This document shows positions 26,929-35,132 of a DNA stretch of 51,637 nucleotides, one piece after another (the stretch's first letter is position 1; every line of letters starts with the position of its first letter). Source of the DNA: a bacterium (GTDB taxonomy: Bacteria; Patescibacteriota; Microgenomatia; UBA8517); the NCBI GenBank assembly GCA_021790215.1, contig JAJYIG010000002.1, forward strand, positions 1-51,637. The letters are read 5' to 3'. The notes below the pieces were generated by a model, which ran no database searches, was not told the origin of the DNA, and saw nothing but the letters and a program-made list of their open reading frames with translations. The translations under genes were made by a program, and so were the position numbers.

Positions 26929-27975
26929 CTACTGGGGCAAAAATTGTTTTACATTTTCCGATGTAATATGCGCAGATTGAGTTTTCCCTTCAACAATCAT
27001 CTTTGCAACTTTTCTGACAATTCCATCAATAGTACGCTCCAGGGTTCTAATTCCTGCATCATAACCCAAAGGACGGACTATATTTGCCCAAACATCGTCA
27101 TCGATCACTAAAGATCCTTCCGGAAGTCCGGCAGACTTAACCGATGCCGGCAAAACATATTTTTGTGCAATCGTAATTTTCTCCTGATCGGTATAGGAAG
27201 GCATGGCAATCGGCTCCAATCTATCCATCACAGCTGTGGCAATATTTGTGGTGTTATTTGCAGTTGCTATAAAAAGCGCTTCGGAAAGATCAAAAGGAAA
27301 ATCGATGTAATAATCCGTAAAGGCATGGTTTTGTTTAGGATCCAGGAGTTCCACTAAAACACCCATTATTGAGCTCCTCCCTTGGTCGGTCACCCTGTCA
27401 ATCTCATCAAGTAAAATCACCGGATTTTTACTTTGGCAGGTTCGGAGAGCTTTTATAATTTTCCCCGGCTCTGCCTCCGGATGCATTCTGCTTTGGCCTC
27501 TCAGATCCAGTGGATCCCCCATACCTCCGAATGGAATCCTGGCAATGGGACGACCCAAAGCTTCAGCTATAGAAAAGGCGATTGTTGTTTTTCCGGTTCC
27601 CACAAGTCCGACGAAACAAAGAATTGGGGCTCTATAAATATCCGCCCCTTCACCTTTTTCTTCTTTTAACTTCATAACGGAAATGTATTCCAAAACTCTT
27701 TCTTTTATGTCTGCTAATCCAAAATGGTTAGTGTCCAAAATTTTTTTGGCATTAACCAAGTCTAAAGTATCCTTGCTTCTTTTATCCCAAGGAAGGTCCG
27801 TAATCCAATCGACATAACGTTCCATACTGTCAAATTCGGGTAAAAACGATGGAGAATTGGTAAGCTTGGTTAATTGAGTAAGACGAACCGTTACAATTTC
27901 TCGGAGTTTTTCGGGCAAATCAATAGTTTTAACTCTTTCAAGCAGTTTTGTAATTTCCTGGGCAGCAGATTCCAT
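26929..27975 (-). CDS. Stand-alone Lon-type AAA+ ATPase module (no LAN N-domain, no S16 protease domain)
   Basis: The 348-aa ORF matches the LonA ATPase region: HFGLADIKERVLEYISV, Walker A GLVGTGKTT, Walker B VILLDEIDR, LLDPKQNHAFTDYYIDFPFDLSEALFIATAN, and MDRLEPIAMPSYTDQEKITIAQKYV. The ORF stops where the Lon protease domain would begin. Confidence 0.75.
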   Translation of the reverse strand: MESAAQEITKLLERVKTIDLPEKLREIVTVRLTQLTKLTNSPSFLPEFDSMERYVDWITDLPWDKRSKDTLDLVNAKKILDTNHFGLADIKERVLEYISVMKLKEEKGEGADIYRAPILCFVGLVGTGKTTIAFSIAEALGRPIARIPFGGMGDPLDLRGQSRMHPEAEPGKIIKALRTCQSKNPVILLDEIDRVTDQGRSSIMGVLVELLDPKQNHAFTDYYIDFPFDLSEALFIATANNTTNIATAVMDRLEPIAMPSYTDQEKITIAQKYVLPASVKSAGLPEGSLVIDDDVWANIVRPLGYDAGIRTLERTIDGIVRKVAKMIVEGKTQSAHITSENVKQFLPQ

Positions 27976-28012
27976 ATGATTGTAAAGGTCAATTTACTTT
28001 AACACGAAGAGC

Positions 28013-30373
28013 TTACCTATTGAAGTCTTTCTTTGAATCATCAACAAGTCTTGATGTCGGGAAATGGGGTCCACTACTTCTTTCTCCGCCACGATCGTCT
28101 CTTCCAAATCCGCCCCTGTCTCCGCTTCGACTGAATCCACCGGACCTGCCGCCTCCAAACCCTCCCCGACTTCCACCTCGACTGAATCCACCGGACCTGC
28201 CGCCTCCAAACCCTCCGCGTCCACCGCGGTCTCCACCCCTAAATCCTCCCCTGGAGAATCCTCCTCTGGGTCTTTCTTCTTTTGGTTTATCTTTTGACGG
28301 ATCCATGTTCATGGACAGATTGATTCTTCCTTGCTCATCAATTTCCTTTACCCTAACCTGAACTTTTTGTCCGATTTGAACCACATCTGCTGCGTCTCTA
28401 ACATACTCTTCCCTGCCCATATCGGAAACGTGCACCATTCCGTCTTTTCCGGGCAAAATATTTACGAAGGCTCCGAAAGGCATCAATCTTACAACTTCTC
28501 CCTCATAAATTTCCCCTACCTTAACTTCCTTGGCAAATCCTTCAACCCAGGTTATGGCTTTTTGCATTGCTTCTTCGTCAACCCCAGAAATACTTACGGT
28601 TCCATCATCTGCTGTGTCAAATTCACAACCAGTATCTGCCGAAAGCTTCTTAATATTACGTCCGGAAGGTCCAATAAATTCCCCAATTTTGTCAACTGGG
28701 ATTTTTACAACCTTAATTTTCGGAGCAAATGCCGAAACCTGCGAACGAGGTGAGCTAATAGCTTCCATTAGTGTTTTCATAACCTCTGCCCTTGCTGCTT
28801 TTGATTGTTCAAGTGCCTTAGCCAATATTTCGCCGGTCAGATTTAATGTTTTAACATCAAGTTGAAGTGCGGTAATTCCTTTTTCCGTTCCAGCAACTTT
28901 GAAATCCATATCGCCATTAAAATCTTCTATCCCCATAATGTCGGAAAGAACTGCAAAGTTTTTGGCATCCTCAATAATAAGTCCCATCGCAATTCCGGCG
29001 ACCGGTGACTTAATGGGAACTCCTGCATCCATGAGAGAAAGGGTTGACCCACAAACAGAAGCCATCGATGTTGAACCATTAGAACTCATAACCTCCGAGA
29101 CAACCCTAATTGCATAAGGAAATTCATCAATAGAAGGGATAACAGGAACTAGCGCTCTTTCAGCCAATGCTCCATGGCCAATTTCTCTCCTACCAGGATT
29201 TCCAAATTTTCCGGTCTCACCTGTGGCATAAGGAGGCATATTGTATTGATGCATATAGTGTTTCTCCACCTCTCCTTCAGCAGATTCCAGAAGTTGTCCC
29301 ATCTTGGAAGCACCTAGGGTTGCAATCGAAAGCACATGTGTTTGTCCTCTCTTGAAAAATCCTGAACCATGAACTCTTGGTAAATATCCTATCTGAGCTG
29401 ACAATTTTCTAAGTTCAGTTAATTTTCTTCCGTCAGGTCGGATTCCTTTTTTGAGAATCATCTCGCGGATAAAATCTTTCTTGAGATGATCAACTATATC
29501 CAAAACAAATTTCTTTTCATCTTCCTTTTCAAATTTAGCTTTAATGGCTTCGATAAATTCACCATATTCATCGCTTGGTCCTTCATGAAGTGCCATATTT
29601 TTGACCAGATTTGGCATCTGATCACCCACCAACTTTTTAACCTCGCGCTCAAGTTCTATGGATGGTTTTTCTTCTTTAAATGTATCTCTTTGGACACCAA
29701 CTTCCAATGCAAGTTCCTCAATTAATTTTAAAACTGCCTTGCTCTCAGCTTGTGCAAACTCAATTCCCTTTACAATTTGTCCTTCGGTTACCTCTTTGGC
29801 CCCAGCCTCTACCATAAGGACCGCTTCTTTTGTCGAAGAAACTGTTAAGTCCATTTGAGACTCTTCCATATCTGGATTTGTCGGGTTTATCTTATATTCA
29901 TCGTTAACGAGTCCAACCGTCAAAGGCGCCACTGGTCCTTTCCAGGGAAGCGGGCTTAGATGAACCGCCGCAGAAGCAGCAATTGCCCCTACGATTACTG
30001 GGTCGTTCACCATATCAACAGAAAGTACTGTCACAATCACCTGAACCTCTTTTTTATAGGTTTTTGGAAATAGAGGCCTAATAGATCTATCTATAAGCCT
30101 TGCTGAAAGAATTTCCTCATCTGTGGGACGTCCTTCTCTTTTTACCCAACGACTACCTTTGATTCTTCCTCCGGCATAAAGTTTTTCCTGATATTCAACA
30201 GTAAGAGGAAAATAATCCATTTCCATTCTAAGTGGAGCTGACGTAACAGTTGCCAATACAACTGTGTCACCATATCTGGCCATCACTGCACCAGAAGCCT
30301 GTTCGGCAAGTTCACCTGTGGTAAGAGTTAACTTTCTTCCTCCTAAATCTATACTTTTTTCTACTTTTTTCAT
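28013..30373 (-). CDS. pnp: Polyribonucleotide nucleotidyltransferase (PNPase) with an RGG/GGF-rich C-terminal tail
   Basis: The 786-aa ORF has two RNase PH domains, KH and S1 (GEIYEGEVVRLMPFGAFVNILPGKDGMVHVSDM). A tail of about 90 aa follows, reading RPRGGFSRGGFRGGDRGGRGGFGGGRSGGFSRGGSRGGFGGGRSGGFSRSGDRGGFGRDDRGG. Confidence 0.95.
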   Translation of the reverse strand: MKKVEKSIDLGGRKLTLTTGELAEQASGAVMARYGDTVVLATVTSAPLRMEMDYFPLTVEYQEKLYAGGRIKGSRWVKREGRPTDEEILSARLIDRSIRPLFPKTYKKEVQVIVTVLSVDMVNDPVIVGAIAASAAVHLSPLPWKGPVAPLTVGLVNDEYKINPTNPDMEESQMDLTVSSTKEAVLMVEAGAKEVTEGQIVKGIEFAQAESKAVLKLIEELALEVGVQRDTFKEEKPSIELEREVKKLVGDQMPNLVKNMALHEGPSDEYGEFIEAIKAKFEKEDEKKFVLDIVDHLKKDFIREMILKKGIRPDGRKLTELRKLSAQIGYLPRVHGSGFFKRGQTHVLSIATLGASKMGQLLESAEGEVEKHYMHQYNMPPYATGETGKFGNPGRREIGHGALAERALVPVIPSIDEFPYAIRVVSEVMSSNGSTSMASVCGSTLSLMDAGVPIKSPVAGIAMGLIIEDAKNFAVLSDIMGIEDFNGDMDFKVAGTEKGITALQLDVKTLNLTGEILAKALEQSKAARAEVMKTLMEAISSPRSQVSAFAPKIKVVKIPVDKIGEFIGPSGRNIKKLSADTGCEFDTADDGTVSISGVDEEAMQKAITWVEGFAKEVKVGEIYEGEVVRLMPFGAFVNILPGKDGMVHVSDMGREEYVRDAADVVQIGQKVQVRVKEIDEQGRINLSMNMDPSKDKPKEERPRGGFSRGGFRGGDRGGRGGFGGGRSGGFSRGGSRGGFGGGRSGGFSRSGDRGGFGRDDRGGERSSGPHFPTSRLVDDSKKDFNR
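28128..28216 (-). repeat. Coding tandem duplication (51-bp period) in the PNPase RGG tail
   Basis: The 38-nt string CGACTGAATCCACCGGACCTGCCGCCTCCAAACCCTCC occurs at 28128-28165 and again at 28179-28216. It encodes a repeated GGFGGGRSGGFSR unit. Confidence 0.9.
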
Positions 30374-30520
30374 TAATTTGTAATTGAAGTTTGAGAATTG
30401 AACTTTTATGTTCCGTCCGGGAATTTAAAAGTTGAGTTCTGAAGTCTGATTCTTCTTTTTCTAAATATCAGACGTCATTTCCAATTTCAAATCCCTTGCA
30501 ATCTCAAACTTTCAAAGAAC

Positions 30521-30790
30521 TTACTTTTCTAATTTTAAGCCTTCAATAAGCTTTTTATATCTTTCCTCGTCTCTTTTTCTGAGATACGAAAGAAGTCTTC
30601 TTCTTTTTGCTACCATGGACAGCAAACCCCTTCTTGAATGAATATCCTTTTTATGTTCACTAAGGTGCTTAACTAATTTGTCTATTTGTACTGAAAGAAG
30701 CGCAATTTGAACTTCGGGAGATCCTGTATCGCCTTTTTCCCTTGCAAACTTCTTAATTATTTCCAGTTTCTCGTCTGTAGCTAGTGCCAT
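30521..30790 (-). CDS. rpsO: 30S ribosomal protein S15
   Basis: The 89-aa ORF contains [51 protein letters not shown], a classic S15 sequence. It lies upstream of pnp, as in many bacteria. Confidence 0.96.
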   Translation of the reverse strand: MALATDEKLEIIKKFAREKGDTGSPEVQIALLSVQIDKLVKHLSEHKKDIHSRRGLLSMVAKRRRLLSYLRKRDEERYKKLIEGLKLEK

Positions 30791-30895
30791 ATGAGCGTCA
30801 TGTAGAACAAAGTGAGGCTATCTCAAGCCAGACCTTGTAAACATCTTGTGTATGATACCAAATTAAATCCTAAATCGCAAATACCAAAATAGGGG

Positions 30896-31792
30896 TTAAC
30901 TTACGTTGGTCCCTTTATATACCTTGGGTTGGAGCCAGTCCGAAGGGGGGTTAACATCCTCTTCTTTCTCCTCTGTTCCTTCAACATCTTTCGGAATTTT
31001 CACTTCTTGAGACTTTTGGATCGGTTGGGGCATGGGTTTACCCGGAATTGATCCCGGGGGAAAACTTGACGGACTAAGTTTTATCCTTGGTGTTCTTTGT
31101 CCTCCGCTTCTAAGAAGCGAGGCAAAGATTTCAAAAGTTTCGGGTGTAATATCGCTTCCTGCAAAATTGCTGGTACCCTCCTCTATTCCCATTACCAGAT
31201 TTGTAGCGATATCGGGATCGATCTCCAGACCTCCCTCTCTAAGAATTTTTGCCGTAAGTTCTGATATAGAGGCGCCTGGGGCTGCAAAGGACATTACCTC
31301 GCGCTTAGATTCAAGAGTACGAATACCGATGTGAGCCACCTTTGGCGTAGAAAATTCAGGATCAGACAAAATCGGGAAACTCGCATCGTTAACCCCTCCG
31401 ACCAAAATTACCAAATCAAATAATGCTCCTTCATATCCCAAATCCAATTGTTTCTTTTCCGGAGCAGCTAACCCATTTTTAGGAACTACTGTGAGCTTAA
31501 ACTCGCCATTTTCGATATCATAACTAACCTTATCAATATTAGTAGCATCGTAACCTGTAAATCTAATCGCCAGGTTCTTATTTCCAACCTCCTGAGATAT
31601 TTTATTAACACCGATAAGACGGTTAAATCCTACCGTCATTGGGGAAGGTGAATAAATTAAGGCTTTGTCACGAAGGGATAAATAGAGAGAAAGTCCGGCA
31701 GCCACCTCATCAAACCTTGGATTTGTAGGCAAAACGACAAGAATCGAGGCGGCAGATTCGGTAAATGAAGCAAAATTGTTATCCATTTTCAC
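30896..31792 (-). CDS. Degenerate DHH-domain-like protein (NrnA-like fold, catalytic motifs not conserved) with a Pro-rich tail
   Basis: This is a 298-aa ORF. ILVVLPTNPRFDEVAAGLSLYLSL occupies the position of the NrnA motif (hxxPDGDAxGSxLAL). GASISELTAKILREGGLEIDPDIATNLVMGIEEGTSNFAGSDITPETFEIFASLLRSGG parallels the NrnA segment ...A.LiyaGIvgDTGrF...nTt..tl..aa.L. The Asp/His motifs are replaced and no DHHA1 domain is present. Its start overlaps the infB stop (ATGA). Confidence 0.45.
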   Translation of the reverse strand: MKMDNNFASFTESAASILVVLPTNPRFDEVAAGLSLYLSLRDKALIYSPSPMTVGFNRLIGVNKISQEVGNKNLAIRFTGYDATNIDKVSYDIENGEFKLTVVPKNGLAAPEKKQLDLGYEGALFDLVILVGGVNDASFPILSDPEFSTPKVAHIGIRTLESKREVMSFAAPGASISELTAKILREGGLEIDPDIATNLVMGIEEGTSNFAGSDITPETFEIFASLLRSGGQRTPRIKLSPSSFPPGSIPGKPMPQPIQKSQEVKIPKDVEGTEEKEEDVNPPSDWLQPKVYKGTNVS

Positions 31793-33201
31793 TTGGAGAC
31801 CGATAGTAACACATCATGCACCTGGAAATCAAGTTGGGGGTCAAGAATTACCCCAAATTCTTCTGCGGGGCCTACAGAGGTTACTTCCAATTTTTGCTTC
31901 CTGAGGGAAATTGCTTTTGCCTTCCCGATTTCTTTTTCGTCTCGGCTCAAAACTAAAGAGTCGCCTTTTGCTATCCTTCCAAAGGTAACCTTACACCCAG
32001 CAACCTTCTTATGATCAAATGGAAAACTAGCCAATATTTCGGCTCTTCCAAGAATCTGCTTTTTCCCTTCCTTCAAGATTTCCTCAAGCCTCTGTAAAAG
32101 CTCATAAATAATCTCAAAACGTTCCGTTCTAACTTTTTCTGCCTCGGCAAGCTTAAAAACATCCATAGGAATTTTCGATTCAAACGCAAAAATATATGCA
32201 TTGCCAGTTTTCGCATTTATCACATCAGAGCTGGTTACGTCACCCACACCGCTATCGACCACTACAATTTTTGGCGGAAGAGAATTTATTATTGCCTCGA
32301 GTGATCCAGCATTTTCAGCTTTTAAGATTAAGGGGATTTCATCATCTTTTAACCTTCTCAAATCAAAAACACCCCGTGCCTTCGGAGCTTCTTTGATAAT
32401 TTTGTGAGGACTTTGAGAAATTAAGGCTCCAACAGGAGGAACCTGGGTAAAACCAAAAATTTTTGCAGGGAACCCCGGCAAGACTTCTTTGATAGATTTG
32501 CCTTTATCATCAAAAAGTGCCCTAACCTTACATTCGTTTTCCTCTACATAAACGGTCTCACCGACCTTAATGCAACCCTGCCTAACAACAACTGATGCTG
32601 TAGGGCCTATTTTATCTTTTCCGGATTCAATTACTACAGCTTCAAGTTCTTCAGCAGAGTCTCCTTTAAGTTCGGCAACTTCAGACATCAAAACCAAAAT
32701 CTCGATCAAATCCGTCACTCCAGTATTTGTCTTTGCCGAAACTGAAACGAAAGGGATTTGGCCACCCCGACCTTCAAAAAACACCTCTTCTTTTTCAAGT
32801 TCACCCTGAAGTCTTTCGGGACTAACTCCGGCAACATCAGCCTTGGTTCCGGCAACTACAAAGGGTAATTCCGAATCTTTAATAATCTGCAGGGCTTCTT
32901 TTGTTTGGGGTTGGACCCCATCATCCTGAGCTACAACAAGAATTGCTATATCTGCAACTTTTGCACCACGGCTTCTCATTTTTCCAAAAGCCGCGTGGCC
33001 TGGGGTATCAATAAAGGTAATTTTTTTACCTTCCTTTGTTTCTACCACTGAAGCTCCAATTGCCTGTGTGATTCCTCCTGCCTCCCTGGAGGCCACATTA
33101 GTTTTTCTAATCGCATCCAAAAGAGTGGTTTTTCCATGATCAACATGCCCCAAAACCACCACAATTGGTGGTCGTGTTTGTAAATTTGTATTAGTCTCCA
33201 T
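31789..33201 (-). CDS. infB: Translation initiation factor IF-2, minimal form (G domain to C2 only)
   Basis: The 470-aa ORF contains [49 protein letters not shown] and GTKAD. The G domain begins at about residue 10, so the long N-terminal region is absent. Confidence 0.93.
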   Translation of the reverse strand: METNTNLQTRPPIVVVLGHVDHGKTTLLDAIRKTNVASREAGGITQAIGASVVETKEGKKITFIDTPGHAAFGKMRSRGAKVADIAILVVAQDDGVQPQTKEALQIIKDSELPFVVAGTKADVAGVSPERLQGELEKEEVFFEGRGGQIPFVSVSAKTNTGVTDLIEILVLMSEVAELKGDSAEELEAVVIESGKDKIGPTASVVVRQGCIKVGETVYVEENECKVRALFDDKGKSIKEVLPGFPAKIFGFTQVPPVGALISQSPHKIIKEAPKARGVFDLRRLKDDEIPLILKAENAGSLEAIINSLPPKIVVVDSGVGDVTSSDVINAKTGNAYIFAFESKIPMDVFKLAEAEKVRTERFEIIYELLQRLEEILKEGKKQILGRAEILASFPFDHKKVAGCKVTFGRIAKGDSLVLSRDEKEIGKAKAISLRKQKLEVTSVGPAEEFGVILDPQLDFQVHDVLLSVSK

Positions 33202-33302
33202 AATTTATTCGGAAGACTGATGTCGAAATTCTGAAGCCTGACTATCGAAGTTCGAAAAAAGATAAAATTCTCATAGTTTAATCAAATTTCCAACTTCCAT
33301 CT

Positions 33303-34490
33303 TCATTTTTCGCTATCTGACTTCTGTTCTCCGTTATCAGCTTTCACTTCTACTTCCTCTGATTTTTGTTCCGAACCTGTATCCTCCGTAACTTCTTCTT
33401 TCTTTTCGGCCTTTTCAAGCTTGGTTTCAGGCTTCTCAACTTCTACCTCCTTCAGCTCGTCGGAAGCTTCGCCGGAGGCGGCTTCTCCTTCACCTTTTAC
33501 TTCTGAAGTTTCTCCGTTACCTTCAACTTCGATTCTGTAACCGGTTAATTTTGCGGTAAGGCGGACATTTTGTCCATCTTTACCAATCGCCATCGAAAGT
33601 TGGTCCTCGGGTGCAGTTACTGTGGCCAACTTTAGATCTTCATTAATCTTAACTGTTAAATCTTCCGCAGGTGAGAGGGAAGATTTAATTAGTTCCGAGG
33701 TCTCTTCACTCCAAGGAATTACATCAACTCTTTCTCCGCCAATCTCATTGGTAACAGCCTGAACCCTAACACCCTTTTGTCCAACACAGCTTCCAACCGG
33801 GTCAACTCCGCTTTGTGCCGAAAACACGGCAACTTTGGTCCTTATTCCGGCTTCTCTGGCAATGGCCCTGATCTCAACTGCGTTAGAACCTATTTCCGGG
33901 ACCTCCCTGGCAAAAAGCTTTGCTACAAAATCGGGTGCGGAGCGGGAAAGAAAAATTTCCTTACCCCTCGGAGTTTCATTAATAGCCTTGATAAGAAAAG
34001 TAAGTCTTTGGTTAAGATTAAGTCTTTCGTTGGGGATTCTGTCCTCCGCAAGCATTATTGCCTCTGTTCTCCCAAGGTCTACCCTAACATTCGACCCGTC
34101 AAACCTAAGAATCAAACCTGAAACAAGTGATCCAACTTTCTCCTGAAACTCTTCCATGATTGCACCCTTTTCAGCCTCTCTAATCTTCTGATGAATTACC
34201 TGCTTTGCGGTTTGGGCTGCAATACGGCCAAATCCAGGAGGAGTAACATCTTTACGCTCTTCAGGTTTTTCCAAAGGCCAGGCAAAAATCCTGGTTTCAC
34301 CATTTATTGGTTCGATAACTGCATCGTACTCAAAAGCTTCGACATCCTCACCGCGTTCCACCGCATCCCTTTTGTAAGCAGCAATAATTGCCTGCTTAAT
34401 TGTATCGAGAATCACATCAGGATCGAGCCCTCTTTCCTGGGCTATCGCTTTTAGAGCCTGTGCAAATTCTGTTCTGGGTGTGTTATTCAT
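33303..34490 (-). CDS. nusA: Transcription termination/antitermination factor NusA, with an acidic C-terminal tail
   Basis: The 395-aa ORF has an N-terminal domain, S1 and two KH domains (GVDPVGSCVGQKGVRVQAVTNEIGGERVDVIPW; SMAIGKDGQNVRLTAKLTGYRIEV). A Glu/Lys-rich tail follows. Confidence 0.93.
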   Translation of the reverse strand: MNNTPRTEFAQALKAIAQERGLDPDVILDTIKQAIIAAYKRDAVERGEDVEAFEYDAVIEPINGETRIFAWPLEKPEERKDVTPPGFGRIAAQTAKQVIHQKIREAEKGAIMEEFQEKVGSLVSGLILRFDGSNVRVDLGRTEAIMLAEDRIPNERLNLNQRLTFLIKAINETPRGKEIFLSRSAPDFVAKLFAREVPEIGSNAVEIRAIAREAGIRTKVAVFSAQSGVDPVGSCVGQKGVRVQAVTNEIGGERVDVIPWSEETSELIKSSLSPAEDLTVKINEDLKLATVTAPEDQLSMAIGKDGQNVRLTAKLTGYRIEVEGNGETSEVKGEGEAASGEASDELKEVEVEKPETKLEKAEKKEEVTEDTGSEQKSEEVEVKADNGEQKSDSEK

Positions 34491-34498
34491 ATCTTTGT

Positions 34499-34526
34499 AA
34501 AAAAAAGGTGGGCACCAGTCCCACCT
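34499..34526 (-). terminator. Strong intrinsic-terminator-like hairpin ending 8 nt upstream of the nusA ATG
   Basis: The minus strand reads AGGTGGG-ACTGGTG-CCCACCT (34526-34506) followed by T8 (34506-34499). The nusA ATG is at 34490-34488. Confidence 0.65.
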
Positions 34527-34583
34527 CTATTCCTCAAATTCTGTGTAATTTTAATCTACGTGCTCACGGAAGTCAAACAAAAT

Positions 34584-35130
34584 CTATTTAGTTACTATTG
34601 CACAAACCCTTTTATCCGGAAATGCTTTTCCACCTTCTTCAACAGCCCCTTCGGTGGATAAAAATACTTCAGCATTCAAACCAAGACTGTCAAAAATATC
34701 ACGTGCCTGTTTGATTGTAGAAATTTCGCTCACATCATCCCCAGGAATGGGATCACCAAAATACACATTGTCTATATAAAGTTTTCCTCCAGACTTTAAA
34801 ACCCTCATTGATTCTTTGAGGAAGTCTTTATAGAATTCCAAGCTTTTAGCCTATTGCGACGCCGCATGAACATCCAAGATAACGTCTGCAGATTCAGATT
34901 TCAGAGGCATTTGCTGTCCAAACGTTTCTATTGTTCTCTCCTTGTCGGGTAAACCACTAACTCTAAAAGAAGATTCCTCTTCCGTTAGCGACCTAAAGGT
35001 ATTATGTGTATTTGGCACCTGGTGAATTGCTGTATTTGAATGTATGCTGGGATCAATTCACGATATTTATCTAAACCCCTATTGCAACTCTTAAAGTTGC
35101 TGAATATTCCGTACCGTCAACCCCTTCCAT
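34584..35130 (-). pseudogene. Remnant of a class I SAM-dependent methyltransferase (disrupted frame, N-terminal SAM motif missing)
   Basis: The track ORF 34584-34841 (TTG start) encodes the C-terminal part, ...LKESMRVLKSGGKLYIDNVYFGDP.... The same frame continues upstream as ...RVSGLPDKERTIETFGQQMPLKSESADVILDVHAASQ, then an in-frame TAG at 34853-34851, and it is closed by a TGA at 35060-35058. A further fragment, MEGVDGTEYSATLRVAIGV* (from 35130), lies in another frame. No GxGxG motif-I segment remains. Confidence 0.55.
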
Positions 35131-35132
35131 GT

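Noticed and set aside
28020-28361. A Pro-rich 113-aa plus-strand ORF (and 28064-28297, and minus-strand 27994-28236) overlaps the PNPase tail.
   Set aside because: These ORFs are frame and strand shadows of the RGG-repeat DNA. The PNPase frame is continuous with the S1 domain and explains the region.
34851-34853. I considered stop-codon reassignment (TAG or TGA read as sense, as in some candidate phyla) to explain the in-frame stops in the methyltransferase remnant.
   Set aside because: All conserved genes in the window are full length under the standard code. infB and nusA end at TGA, and rpsJ and fusA end at TAG, all at the expected positions. The remnant also lacks its N-terminal motif, so decay is the simpler explanation.
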